A stretch of 64,000 bases of DNA, from positions 166,967 through 230,966 of the forward strand of contig CAZPCB010000002.1 of assembly GCA_964585065.1 (NCBI GenBank). Direction: 5' to 3'. Under the pieces are notes generated by a model. That model was not told where the DNA came from and made no database searches. It worked only from the letters and a program-made list of their open reading frames with translations. A program made the position numbers and the translations under genes. Below are positions 8,643 through 19,206 of this stretch, piece by piece; position 1 is the first letter of the stretch; the number at the start of each line of letters is the position of its first letter. The DNA comes from an uncultured Candidatus Saccharibacteria bacterium (GTDB lineage Bacteria > Patescibacteriota > Minisyncoccia > SW-4-49-11).

Positions 8643-10262
8643 TTAATGCTTATATCCTTTACGAATATATTCTAATACCATGCGCTGAGTATTATAATAG
8701 CTTCCAATGAGGGATATTGCAGATCTTTGCATTCGGGTAAATTTTTCTCTATTATTATAAAATACATCTAGAGCATTCCCAATATTATCATACATACTAT
8801 TGATTTCCTGATACTCGTCTTCCCCCGATATTGTCCATCCATTAACATGATGTATACCACTTTCAGGCCACCAACCATCATAGGTGGATATATTGAGCAC
8901 TCCATTGAGAGAGGCCTTCATACCACTAGTTCCTGAGGCTTCATAGGATATACGAGGGGTATTAAGCCAAACATCTACACCACTAACAAGAAGTTTGGAC
9001 AATTCCATATTATAATTGGGTAAATACATAATTTTGAGATAATCGTTAGAATGCTCTTTGGCAATATCTAATATTCGTTTAATAATATCAAATCCTACAT
9101 TATCGGTGTGATAGGCCTTCCCTGCAAAAATAATATTAAGTCCTTTATATTGCTCAGCAAGTTTAGCCAGTCTCTCAATATCAGAAAATATAAGATGAGC
9201 TCTTTTGTACTCAGTAGCACGACGGGCAAATCCTATGGTGAAGGCATTGGGTAGAAAATTGATATCAGGCTGTTGTTTGAGATATTCAGCTAATATATCT
9301 TTATTGATTTGATGAGCTTGTTGTATATCAGCAATTGGAATCCCATCAATATAGCGTAAAATTTCTGGATGTGTTTCCCAGCTAGGATAATATGATTGAA
9401 ATACTTTATTCATAGATTCAGAAATCCAAGTATGACTATGAATTCCATTAGTAATAGAATCAATTATGTGTTCTGGAAACATAGCCTGAGATACTTCTTG
9501 ATGTTTTTGGGAGACGGCATTAGAATAATCAGCAAGAGACAAAGCAAGTCGCGTAAGATTAATAGTATGCTCATCTTCAAAGGCATCTTTTGGTAAATGC
9601 TGTAATTGCTCTGATGTACATATTCCTTGTAACCATTCTATAGGAAGACGAGTATGCCCGCCCAGAAGGGGAGTATGAGTAGTGAATACTACCTGAGAAA
9701 TAGGATGATCAATCACCAGTGAAATAAGGGCACTATGGCTTTCATTGAGATGAAAGGTATCAATATTATTAAGCCCAAGACTATCAAGAGCATATTTGCT
9801 CCCAAGTCCTAATATGAGTAATTGTCTTCTGAATATTTCGGGATCTGGGGAATATACTTTATCGGAAACTGCTCTGAATAAATCTGAATTCTCAGGTAAA
9901 TCAGTATCTAATAAAAGTATGGATACTGATTTATTAGAAAGAGAAGAAGTATAACTATATTCCCAAATATTGATTTGTACGGTTTCCTGTGCAAATTGAA
10001 TACTTGTTTTCCCAATTAGATTGAGTAATTTGGTATAATCCCATTCTTGAGGATTTGCAATTTGCCCTTGCTCAGCATCTAATACTTGGTCTAGATATCC
10101 ATGTTTATATAATATCCCAACACCAATTACAGGAAGTCCCAAATCAGCAAAACTTTTCATAGTGTCTCCAGCCAAAATTCCAAGACCTCCAGTATAAATT
10201 TTGATATCATCAGAAAGCCCAAATTCCATACAGATATAGGCGGTACTCGGGATATAATTCAT
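8643..10262 (-). CDS. Alpha-glucan phosphorylase (GT35 family, short maltodextrin/glycogen phosphorylase type)
   Basis: N-terminal FGLSDDIKIYTGGLGILAGDTMKSFADLGLPVIGVGILYKHGY is characteristic of the alpha-glucan phosphorylase family. Confidence 0.8.
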   Translation of the reverse strand: MNYIPSTAYICMEFGLSDDIKIYTGGLGILAGDTMKSFADLGLPVIGVGILYKHGYLDQVLDAEQGQIANPQEWDYTKLLNLIGKTSIQFAQETVQINIWEYSYTSSLSNKSVSILLLDTDLPENSDLFRAVSDKVYSPDPEIFRRQLLILGLGSKYALDSLGLNNIDTFHLNESHSALISLVIDHPISQVVFTTHTPLLGGHTRLPIEWLQGICTSEQLQHLPKDAFEDEHTINLTRLALSLADYSNAVSQKHQEVSQAMFPEHIIDSITNGIHSHTWISESMNKVFQSYYPSWETHPEILRYIDGIPIADIQQAHQINKDILAEYLKQQPDINFLPNAFTIGFARRATEYKRAHLIFSDIERLAKLAEQYKGLNIIFAGKAYHTDNVGFDIIKRILDIAKEHSNDYLKIMYLPNYNMELSKLLVSGVDVWLNTPRISYEASGTSGMKASLNGVLNISTYDGWWPESGIHHVNGWTISGEDEYQEINSMYDNIGNALDVFYNNREKFTRMQRSAISLIGSYYNTQRMVLEYIRKGYKH

Positions 10263-10310
10263 TGTATTTGTATTATGTATATCTATTAGTATAGCATATT
10301 ATTGGGATAA

Positions 10311-10332
10311 CAAAAAATCCCCTTATCGGGGA
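10311..10332 (-). terminator. Intrinsic terminator after rpmA (UCCCC-GAUAA-GGGGA + U-run on the minus strand)
   Basis: Hairpin TCCCCttatcGGGGA preceded on the + strand by an A6 run. Confidence 0.5.
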
Positions 10333-10353
10333 CATCTTGTTATGAGAGCTAAT

Positions 10354-10626
10354 TTAGATTACAGATACTGTTTTGATGATATGCTTTTTTCCAGTAAATG
10401 AAACTTTACGAGCTTTTCCAAATTCAATAACTCCATTTGCAATTGCATATAATGTGTCATCTGCTCCACGAGAAACATTTTTTCCAGCATGAAATTTAGT
10501 TCCACGTTGTCGAATAATGATATTCCCTTTTTCTACTTTTTGTCCAGCATATAGCTTAACTCCAAGATATTTTGGGTTTGAATCTCTACCTAAGGCTGTA
10601 GAACCACCAGCTTTTCTATGTGCCAT
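10354..10626 (-). CDS. rpmA: 50S ribosomal protein L27
   Basis: [24 protein letters not shown]...[13 protein letters not shown]. Start moved to the internal ATG at 10626. Confidence 0.9.
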   Translation of the reverse strand: MAHRKAGGSTALGRDSNPKYLGVKLYAGQKVEKGNIIIRQRGTKFHAGKNVSRGADDTLYAIANGVIEFGKARKVSFTGKKHIIKTVSVI

Positions 10627-10663
10627 ATCAAATAATGTTACTATATATGGTATAATAATACAT

Positions 10664-11047
10664 ATGAAATACCAATTTGTCAAGAATAGTGAAATTGTAC
10701 TGTTGATTATATCTGCAATATTGATAGGAGGGATTGCGTATTTTATTGGAAAAATTCAAACTTTAGAATCCCAACCAAATACAATACAAGTTGTGTATCC
10801 AGATGCTATTGCAATAAAAAAGGATACTATCAATACGTCTAATCAAGCCGCGGCCCACATCAATAGTACTATTGAGACAAAATTACAAACAGGTAAAATT
10901 ATAGCGAGTAAAAATGGAAAACGATATTATTATGAATCCTGTAGCGGTGTAAATCGTATTAAGCCAGAAAACAGAATATATTTTGATACGAAAGAACAAG
11001 CTGAAGCCAAGGGATTAACTATTGCTTCTGGATGTAAAGCCTTATGA
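10664..11047 (+). CDS. Small membrane-anchored protein with C-terminal Cys-pair module (YYYESCSG...IASGCKAL)
   Basis: Start at the internal ATG at 10664, immediately after a TATAAT box. N-terminal TM helix. Stop overlaps the next start (ATGA). Confidence 0.45.
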   Translation: MKYQFVKNSEIVLLIISAILIGGIAYFIGKIQTLESQPNTIQVVYPDAIAIKKDTINTSNQAAAHINSTIETKLQTGKIIASKNGKRYYYESCSGVNRIKPENRIYFDTKEQAEAKGLTIASGCKAL

Positions 11048-11853
11048 GAAAAACCTATATTCCCCGAACATATACCAAAAAGAAATCACCTGCTCGCAAA
11101 GCAAATCGATTCATAGAAATATTCCAATTTTTTATTTGGATTATATTTTTTGGGGGAATTGGATATGCCTTATATTCACCCATATTAAATATTGTGAATA
11201 TAGATATTCGAGTAGATAATGAAATATTACAAAAAAATATTAAATCAAAGTCTGAAGATTTAATACAAGCTCATAATCATTGGTATTATAATAATAAGAA
11301 TATTCTCCTTGCTCGTAGTGATATTCTTGAGAGAGAATTACAAAAAGAATTCCCACAAATTAAACATATTACTATTAAAAGGACAATAAATCGTTCATTG
11401 GAACTCACCATTCAACTTAGAAATCCCTTATTCACTATTTGTGAAAATACTATCTGCTCCAATATTAGTGATGATGGCGTCAATATTGGTAATGATTCTC
11501 TATCGGCTTCACTCATATCATTAACTGGGATTACTCCTAAGTCTCGTGGAGAAATTGTAGTTTCAGAGAGAGAAATAGCTTGGTTTAAAACTATTGTGGA
11601 AATGTATAATCAAATTGATGGCGTAAAAGTATCCTCAATTGCCATACAGCAAAAAGCAGAGAATAGAATATTGGGGGTATTCGTCTATACAGAACAAGGA
11701 TATTATATTATGCTAGATTTAGATACAGATATTATTTATCAAGCAGGGGCTTTAAAACAAGTCTTTATATCCCAGCTGCCTCCAGATCAAAGGCCTAATC
11801 TTCAATATATTGATTTACGGGTAAAGGATAGAGTATATTATAAGTTTAAATAA
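11044..11853 (+). CDS. FtsQ/DivIB-like cell division protein (POTRA-type)
   Basis: Basic N-terminus, single TM segment, then POTRA-like region (ILLARSDILERELQKEFPQIKHITIKR). Confidence 0.4.
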   Translation: MRKTYIPRTYTKKKSPARKANRFIEIFQFFIWIIFFGGIGYALYSPILNIVNIDIRVDNEILQKNIKSKSEDLIQAHNHWYYNNKNILLARSDILERELQKEFPQIKHITIKRTINRSLELTIQLRNPLFTICENTICSNISDDGVNIGNDSLSASLISLTGITPKSRGEIVVSEREIAWFKTIVEMYNQIDGVKVSSIAIQQKAENRILGVFVYTEQGYYIMLDLDTDIIYQAGALKQVFISQLPPDQRPNLQYIDLRVKDRVYYKFK

Positions 11854-11856
11854 TGT

Positions 11857-13650
11857 ATGAAACAGCATATTATCAAGTGGTATAATAAAATTCCCCTATG
11901 GGGATATGTTTTAGGTATTACGATAATACTTGCTGTGTTGGCATTTGGATCAAGTGCTGGAGATTCGTTAACAGTTGATGAAAGTCCTCATATTGGAGCT
12001 GGATATTCATATATTGCAAAGGGGGATTATCGACTGAATCCAGAACATCCACCTTTATTAAAAATGTTATCAGGGTCTTCTATTTGGCTTGGAGCAAAGC
12101 TCACGGGGAATACCGTTAATTTCCCAGATACTATTCCTGCTTGGACAGAAAAGGTTAATGCCCAATGGGATATTGGATATGCATTTCTCTTTCAATCAGG
12201 TAATGATGCTAATACTATTATATGGTGGGCTCGACTACCAACTATATTGATATTACTTTTAGGAGGGATTTATTTGACCTATTCGGTATATTATCATACT
12301 AAGAGTAAAGCTATTAGTGTTATTACCATTATATTATATGCATTTTCTCCTAATGTAATTGCTCACGGACGTCTTGTGACAACTGATATTATTGCAAGTA
12401 TGTCATTTATTATTGCTATTGATATTTGGGTGCGTTATCTCAAAAATCCTACCATTAAATATATTGGTTTACTTATTGTAGCTATATCATTTGCCTTTTT
12501 GTCTAAATTTTCTACTATTCTTTTATTGCCATTATTTTTTATGACCGGATTTGGGTATATTGCAGTAAAGTATTGGGGTAAAAAAAATATAATACGTAAA
12601 GGTGGTATTCTATTGCGAGATGCCCTTATTATAGCTATGGGAGTATTTGTAATTATCAATGGAGTATATTATTATACTATGCGAAATATGAGTGTTGATA
12701 CACAAATGAAATTAATTCAAGAATCATTCCCGCAAGATAATGCTATATCTCAAATTACAAAAAACAGTTTATCCCAGGTGGTTAATACTCCAGGGCTACA
12801 ATATTTTGGACAATATCTTTTAGGTCAGTCTATGGCAATACAAAGAGTAGGTGGGGGGAATACTACCTTTTTATTAGGGAGATTTACTAATCAGAGTTTT
12901 ACTGAGTATTTTCCAATCACCTATATATTAAAAGAACATTTAGGTATACTTGCGGTATTAGCAAGCTTACTACTAGTGAGTATAGTTCTTGGGATTCGAG
13001 CTATTCAGCATAAAAAGTTGAAATTCAATAGAAAATGGTTGCTCAAATACTGGTATGAATGGACGATAATCACTATGATACTCTTATATTGGTTTATTAG
13101 TATAAGAGGGAATTTGAATCTTGGAATACGACATATATTACCTGCCGTCATATTAACTTATATAATTATTGCTATTGGAATTGTACGTATATTATTACCT
13201 TTGAAATTTTCAAAAATAATTCTTGGTATATTTTTGATATGGTATATTGCTGCCACATTACTTGCATATCCTTCTTATCTCTCTCATTTAAATGTATTGG
13301 CAGGTCATGATCAAGGCTATCAAATCTTTACTGATTCTAATCTTGATTGGGGTCAGGACTTAAAACGATTGCATACATGGACGAAAGAGCAAAATATTGA
13401 TACACTATATATAGATTATTTTGGAACTGGAGATGTGAAATATTATCTTCCAGATATCAATATAATACCAGTAAAATCGAATGATGGACCTAAAATTGGC
13501 TATACTGCAATTAGTGCGACTATGTTTCAAGATTCATTTTATCTGAAACAAAAAAATCCAAATTATCAAGAATATTGGTGGTTAGCATGGAAAAAGCCAG
13601 ATTATATTATTGGGAATTCCATATTAATTTATTATAATAGCAGATATTAA
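11857..13650 (+). CDS. GT-C family glycosyltransferase (ArnT/PMT-like, GT39/GT83-type)
   Basis: Polytopic membrane protein. N-terminal loop DESPHIGAGYSY...NPEHPPLLK is typical of ArnT/PMT transferases. Confidence 0.65.
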   Translation: MKQHIIKWYNKIPLWGYVLGITIILAVLAFGSSAGDSLTVDESPHIGAGYSYIAKGDYRLNPEHPPLLKMLSGSSIWLGAKLTGNTVNFPDTIPAWTEKVNAQWDIGYAFLFQSGNDANTIIWWARLPTILILLLGGIYLTYSVYYHTKSKAISVITIILYAFSPNVIAHGRLVTTDIIASMSFIIAIDIWVRYLKNPTIKYIGLLIVAISFAFLSKFSTILLLPLFFMTGFGYIAVKYWGKKNIIRKGGILLRDALIIAMGVFVIINGVYYYTMRNMSVDTQMKLIQESFPQDNAISQITKNSLSQVVNTPGLQYFGQYLLGQSMAIQRVGGGNTTFLLGRFTNQSFTEYFPITYILKEHLGILAVLASLLLVSIVLGIRAIQHKKLKFNRKWLLKYWYEWTIITMILLYWFISIRGNLNLGIRHILPAVILTYIIIAIGIVRILLPLKFSKIILGIFLIWYIAATLLAYPSYLSHLNVLAGHDQGYQIFTDSNLDWGQDLKRLHTWTKEQNIDTLYIDYFGTGDVKYYLPDINIIPVKSNDGPKIGYTAISATMFQDSFYLKQKNPNYQEYWWLAWKKPDYIIGNSILIYYNSRY

Positions 13651-13654
13651 TTCC

Positions 13655-14116
13655 ATGGCAGAAATACAAAACAATTCAGAATCAATACCCCCACTAGAAC
13701 ACAATACTCCATCAGAACAAAGTATTGAGCGTAATTTCGAACAAATTACTCCTTTAGAGCAAAATAATCCAGTGGTGGAAAAGTATATAGAGAGCTCAGC
13801 ATATCAGGAGGCGCAAACTCATATCAAACAAGTAGTAGAAGAACAAAAAGTTGTACATCAACAAAATCCTATTGCAAAACCTTTATCTCCAAAATTACAA
13901 GAAAAATATGGATGGTTATTATCAATTCCAGAAGAGACAAGAACAGAAGTTTCTGTTAAATTGATTACCACAAAAGGTAAAGATATATTAGAGGTAATAC
14001 ATGCTTTTTTAGCTATTGAAGATTATGTAGGATTAGATAGATTGGAGGAATCTTTGAATGAAGTCTATCCAACTTTGATTCAAGAAGGTATACTAAGAGA
14101 TATACACGATAAATAA
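13655..14116 (+). CDS. Hypothetical protein
   Basis: 153-aa ORF directly upstream of the VirD4-like gene. No recognisable motif. Confidence 0.4.
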   Translation: MAEIQNNSESIPPLEHNTPSEQSIERNFEQITPLEQNNPVVEKYIESSAYQEAQTHIKQVVEEQKVVHQQNPIAKPLSPKLQEKYGWLLSIPEETRTEVSVKLITTKGKDILEVIHAFLAIEDYVGLDRLEESLNEVYPTLIQEGILRDIHDK

Positions 14117-14124
14117 ATATCAAT

Positions 14125-16548
14125 ATGATAATTGTACTCTATGTACTGCTAGTGCTATGGGTTATTGCTATAACATTTATTATAGCAACGGTTATTATAC
14201 ATCCATTTTGGGAAAAACGTCGTATTAATCGGGGACTTGCAATGACACAATATCAAATTATTGTACCTCGCAATATCCCTAATCCAGAAGCTAATATCAA
14301 AGATTTAATTAGTGTGATGGAACAGGTATATGCGGGGTTCTCTTATCTCAAATTAGAGAAATTAGTCAATCGTCTTAGATATGGGAGTCCTTATATTTCT
14401 CTTGAAATTGTAAGCCCTACCGAGCGAGATGAAATTAATTTTTATATTGGAGTTCCAAAAGGGTATGAATCTATTTTTGAAAAACAAATTCATGGAGTAT
14501 ATCCAGAAGCTGAGCTGAAGCATATTACCGATTATAATGTATTACTCCCTGAAGGAGAAATTCGGGCCGGATACTTACAGCTTAAAAAACCCTATATTCT
14601 CCCTATTAGAACCTATAAAGAATTAGAAACTAATCCTTTGAATGTGATTACCTCGGCTCTGTCTAAAATTCAGGAAGATGAAAGTGCAGTGGTACAGATT
14701 TTAATACAAAGAGTATCGGATGATTGGAGTAGTAGTGGTAAGAAGGTAGTGAAAAAAATGCAAAAAGGAGAAAGCTTCAAAAATGCATATAATGAAGTTT
14801 TTGGGGGGATTGATAAGCAATTTTTGAAAACTTTAGGTTCTGCTACAAAGTCTAAATCAACGGAAGTCTCTGAGCCAAAAATGTTAAGTCCTCAGGAGTC
14901 TATTATGATGGAGAAAATTAGTCAAAAAACAGGTAAAATTGCCTATGCGACTAATATTAGATTATTAACTATATCTCGAGATAGCCAAAGAGCAGATGTA
15001 TTATTTGATCAATTAGAGGGTGCTTTTTCTCAATTTGCCAATGGAGATCTGAATCAATTTAAAGTAATCAAATATCCTATAAAGAATATTAAACAATTTA
15101 TTTATACCTTTATATTCCGATTATTCTCAGTAAAAGAATCAATGTTATTAAATAGTGAGGAATTGACGAGTATATATCATATTCCTGCTGTGGGAGTGGA
15201 GACTCCAAAAGTAACTTGGATTACTTCTAAAACCTCACATCCTCCAGTTGATTTGCCAAAGGAAGGATTATTATTAGGGAAGAATATATATCGTGGTGAA
15301 GAAATTGAGGTAAGAATTGCAGAAGAGGATAGGAGACGTCATATGTATCTTATTGGACAAACAGGAACAGGTAAAAGTTCTTTGATGAAAAAAATGATAC
15401 AAGAAGATTTGCAAGCAGGACATGGTCTTGCTCTATTAGATCCTAATGGAGATTTTGCCGTGGAAGTATTGGGTATGATTCCAGAGCATCGTATGCAAGA
15501 TGTGATTTATTTTAATCCTGCTGATACTAATTATCCTATGGGACTTAATATTCTGGAAGCCCGCACACATGAGGAAAAAGATTTCTTGATACAAGAAATG
15601 ATTTCTATTTTTTATAAATTGGTATCTGATCCAAGTATGATAGGGCCAATATTTGAGCATAATATGCGAATGGCAATGTCAGCTTTAATGTCAGATGTCA
15701 ATAATCCAAGAACTCTGGTAGAAATACCTCTTATGTTTACTGATGAGGCATTTAGGAGACAAGTATTATTAACAGTTGACGATCCTGTCATACGGCATTT
15801 TTGGGAAAAAGAATTCCCTGCTACACAAAAAGGATCTCAAGCAGGAGATACACTTGGATATCTATTGAGTAAATTAGGGCGATTCATAGAAAATGAAATG
15901 GTACGTAATATTATTGGGCAATCTCGTTCAGCCTTTGATTTTCAAGATATTATGAATTCAGGTAAAATTTTGATTGGTAATCTTTCTAAAGGAGGGTTGG
16001 GAGAACAGAATAGCAATTTATTAGGTATGTTACTGGTATCCAAATTACAAATGGCAGCCTTTAAGCGAAATGAAATTCCAGAAGAACAGAGAAGAGATTT
16101 TTATTTGTATTTAGATGAGTTTCAAAACTTTACCACAGATAGTATATCTACCATTCTCTCTGAGGCTCGCAAATATCGATTATGTCTCATATTGGCCCAT
16201 CAATATATAGGACAATTATCTGAGGGGATAAAGAATGCAGTATTTGGGAATGTGGGTACTGTGGTGAGTTTCCGTATTGGCTCCGAGGATGCTGAAATTA
16301 TTGCTCAGCGTATGCAACCATATTATAGTGCTGAGGATTTAGTGTCAATTGACAATCTAAAGTCAGTAATAACCTTGATGATACAGGGTAAGACCAGTAA
16401 AGCTTTTAATATGGATATTATATTCGCTGATAAGACGAATGCATCTTTACAACAACGGGTAATATTAGAGTCTCGCAATAAATATGCCAAGCCGGCAGCT
16501 GAAATACGAGCGGATATATCGAGTCGTACGCAAAGTATGTTCGAATAG
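14125..16548 (+). CDS. Type IV secretion/conjugation coupling protein-like ATPase (VirD4/TrwB/TraG family)
   Basis: N-terminal TM helix. Walker A HMYLIGQTGTGKSS followed by LLDPNGDF, matching the TrwB GATGTGKS...IVDPNGD arrangement. Walker B-like YLYLDEFQNF. Confidence 0.6.
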   Translation: MIIVLYVLLVLWVIAITFIIATVIIHPFWEKRRINRGLAMTQYQIIVPRNIPNPEANIKDLISVMEQVYAGFSYLKLEKLVNRLRYGSPYISLEIVSPTERDEINFYIGVPKGYESIFEKQIHGVYPEAELKHITDYNVLLPEGEIRAGYLQLKKPYILPIRTYKELETNPLNVITSALSKIQEDESAVVQILIQRVSDDWSSSGKKVVKKMQKGESFKNAYNEVFGGIDKQFLKTLGSATKSKSTEVSEPKMLSPQESIMMEKISQKTGKIAYATNIRLLTISRDSQRADVLFDQLEGAFSQFANGDLNQFKVIKYPIKNIKQFIYTFIFRLFSVKESMLLNSEELTSIYHIPAVGVETPKVTWITSKTSHPPVDLPKEGLLLGKNIYRGEEIEVRIAEEDRRRHMYLIGQTGTGKSSLMKKMIQEDLQAGHGLALLDPNGDFAVEVLGMIPEHRMQDVIYFNPADTNYPMGLNILEARTHEEKDFLIQEMISIFYKLVSDPSMIGPIFEHNMRMAMSALMSDVNNPRTLVEIPLMFTDEAFRRQVLLTVDDPVIRHFWEKEFPATQKGSQAGDTLGYLLSKLGRFIENEMVRNIIGQSRSAFDFQDIMNSGKILIGNLSKGGLGEQNSNLLGMLLVSKLQMAAFKRNEIPEEQRRDFYLYLDEFQNFTTDSISTILSEARKYRLCLILAHQYIGQLSEGIKNAVFGNVGTVVSFRIGSEDAEIIAQRMQPYYSAEDLVSIDNLKSVITLMIQGKTSKAFNMDIIFADKTNASLQQRVILESRNKYAKPAAEIRADISSRTQSMFE

Positions 16549-16603
16549 AAATATAGCTAGTATATGATATACTTAATAGTATATTGAAATTATAATAGAG
16601 ATT

Positions 16604-17578
16604 ATGAGTAATATTTGTCTTACAGGAATACAGCCGACAGGAAAATTACATATTGGGAATTATTTTGGGGCAATGAAACCTCTATTAGAATTGTCACAGA
16701 ATTCTGAAATTGATAGCATATTTATTTTTGTGGCGAATCTTCATGCTCTTAATAGTATTAAAGATGCGGAGACATTAAAGGCTTATACTACTGATATTGT
16801 ACTTGATTATCTTGCTTTGGGGCTCGATATCAATAAAACCAGTTTATTCCTACAATCAGATATACGAGAGCTTACTGAGCTTACTTGGATATTCAATAAT
16901 CTTGTTAGTGTTGCCTATCTCGAGCGTTCACATGCCTATAAAGATGCTATTGCTAATGGGAAAGAAGCAAGTATGGGATTGTTTGATTATCCGGTATTAA
17001 TGGCAGCAGATATATTATTATATAAATCAACTATTGTACCCGTAGGGCAAGATCAAAAACAACATATTGAGATAGCACAAAAAATTGCAGATAAATTTAA
17101 TTCTCAATATGGAGAAATTTTTATTAGACCAAAGCCCTATATTCAATCAGAAACTGCTATTGTACAGGGACTTGATGGGAGGAAAATGAGTAAATCATAT
17201 AAGAATACCATAGAATTATTTGAAGCTGAGAATAGTATTCGTTTAAAAGTCAGTAAAATAATAACAGACTCCAAAGCACCAAATGAACCAAAAGACCCAA
17301 CAACCTGTAATATATTATCTTTATATCGTCTATTTGCATCCCCAGAGGAAATTACTCATATTGAGGGTCAATATCGAGAGGGGACTATATCATATCGTGA
17401 AGCAAAAGAATTATTAGCTGAAGCAATTTTAAGCTATTTTGCCGCTATTCGCCAAAAGCGACAAGAATTATTATCACAACCAGAATATATACAAGATATA
17501 TTACATAAAGGATCTCAAAATGCTCAAACTATTGCAAAAGAAACTATGAATCAAGTTCGACAAGTAGTAGGTATATAA
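16604..17578 (+). CDS. trpS: Tryptophan--tRNA ligase
   Basis: GIQPTGKLHIGNY (HIGH region) and KMSKS motif. Confidence 0.9.
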   Translation: MSNICLTGIQPTGKLHIGNYFGAMKPLLELSQNSEIDSIFIFVANLHALNSIKDAETLKAYTTDIVLDYLALGLDINKTSLFLQSDIRELTELTWIFNNLVSVAYLERSHAYKDAIANGKEASMGLFDYPVLMAADILLYKSTIVPVGQDQKQHIEIAQKIADKFNSQYGEIFIRPKPYIQSETAIVQGLDGRKMSKSYKNTIELFEAENSIRLKVSKIITDSKAPNEPKDPTTCNILSLYRLFASPEEITHIEGQYREGTISYREAKELLAEAILSYFAAIRQKRQELLSQPEYIQDILHKGSQNAQTIAKETMNQVRQVVGI

Positions 17579-17584
17579 TAAAAA

Positions 17585-19195
17585 TTATAAACTATCTTTA
17601 AAGATATCAGCAATGGTATCATTCATATCTTTTGGCTCATCATTGTCTATTGAATGAGAGAGTTCATAGTTATGAGCTGGAGCGGTGATTTTTTGCGCAA
17701 TAAAATTAATACCAACAATGGATTCTATAAATTCAGCAATACTATCTAATATAATATTGCTATGTTTTTCTAATCTATCTCGATAAAAATTAGACTCAAC
17801 TGCAATAGTTAGGGTTTCATCAGATAATTCAATAGGTTGGGTTTTAGCAAATATAACACTAAGACTTTTATTTGATTTGCTAAGAGACTTATTAATTTCA
17901 GGATAGAGTTTTTGGACATTATCAATATCAGGAGATACAGTTTTTCTGATGGGAGCTGGAGCTTTGATCTCAGCTTTAATAGGTTCTTGTATTTTAGGTT
18001 CGATTTCATATTTAGCTTTAGACTCTTTAATCTCGGTTTTTGTGATAGATTTTTTTAATTCTTTTGTCCTAGGGATAGTATCAATTTCAGTATCAGATGG
18101 GGGAGTATTCTGGCCCCATATTTGAGCAATAATTAATTCTAGGGGTAAATAGGGGATATAGGCAGAATGAGTTTGAGATTTTACTCTTTCTAATTCTTGT
18201 ATGAATATAATAATTTTTGACTGAGTAATAGCTTTAGAGAGCTTGGTAAGCTTATCATACTCAGACTCTAATAATGGGCTTATATCAAGTAAATTAGGGC
18301 TAATTTGTATCAGGAATATTGAATGAGATATGGTCAGTAAGTTCAATAACAATTGTGGTATTCCAAATCCCTCATCATAAAGATTATGAATATGTCTAAT
18401 GGCGGGATACAAATCTCCCTTGGAGAGAAATTCTAATAATGTGTAGGCTTCAAAATAGGAGTTTTTACCAAGAATTGTTGAGGCAAATTCAGTATTAATA
18501 TCTTTTATTCCAGAGGAAATAAGTTTGCCTAAAATACTCTCAGCATCTCTGGCTCCTCCCATAGCCTGTAGGATAACTTGATTTACCACAGACTCATCAA
18601 TAGTAACTTTTTCGGCTTTTGTGATATACAGAATTTTTTCTCTAAGCTCAGCTGAAGATAGGGGTTTGAAATCAAATTTTTGTACACGAGATAAAATGGT
18701 AGGGAGCATTTTATGGGCATCGGTTGTTGCTAGTATAAATATGGTATTCTTTGGGGGTTCTTCAAGAGTTTTCAATAATGCATTAGAGGCATCCTTGGTG
18801 AGCATATGAGACTCATCAATAATATAAATTTTATATCCATTTTTTTGAGAGGGGGCAAAACGCACAGCTTCCTTGAGATTGCGAATTTCATCAATACCGC
18901 GATTAGAGGCGGCATCAATTTCAATTAAATCAATAAAAGCATTGTCATTAATTGCCTTACAATTATCACAAATATTACATGGTTCAGCAGAATTCTCTTT
19001 GCGCTTGAGACAATTGAGTGCCTTGGCAAAAATTCTTGCCATAGTAGTTTTACCAGTACCACGAGGTCCACTAAATAAATAAGAATGCACCGTACGATTA
19101 TGAATAATAGCATTCTGAAGAGTGGTCTTCACAATTTCTTGTCCAACAACTTGTGTGAAAGTTTGAGGTCTATAAGTTCGGTATAAGGCTGGCAT
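17585..19195 (-). CDS. dnaX: DNA polymerase III subunit gamma/tau
   Basis: YRPQTF..VVGQE...SGPRGTGKTT clamp-loader AAA+ motifs and zinc module CNICDNCK. Confidence 0.9.
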   Translation of the reverse strand: MPALYRTYRPQTFTQVVGQEIVKTTLQNAIIHNRTVHSYLFSGPRGTGKTTMARIFAKALNCLKRKENSAEPCNICDNCKAINDNAFIDLIEIDAASNRGIDEIRNLKEAVRFAPSQKNGYKIYIIDESHMLTKDASNALLKTLEEPPKNTIFILATTDAHKMLPTILSRVQKFDFKPLSSAELREKILYITKAEKVTIDESVVNQVILQAMGGARDAESILGKLISSGIKDINTEFASTILGKNSYFEAYTLLEFLSKGDLYPAIRHIHNLYDEGFGIPQLLLNLLTISHSIFLIQISPNLLDISPLLESEYDKLTKLSKAITQSKIIIFIQELERVKSQTHSAYIPYLPLELIIAQIWGQNTPPSDTEIDTIPRTKELKKSITKTEIKESKAKYEIEPKIQEPIKAEIKAPAPIRKTVSPDIDNVQKLYPEINKSLSKSNKSLSVIFAKTQPIELSDETLTIAVESNFYRDRLEKHSNIILDSIAEFIESIVGINFIAQKITAPAHNYELSHSIDNDEPKDMNDTIADIFKDSL

Positions 19196-19206
19196 ATATC
19201 TGTGTA

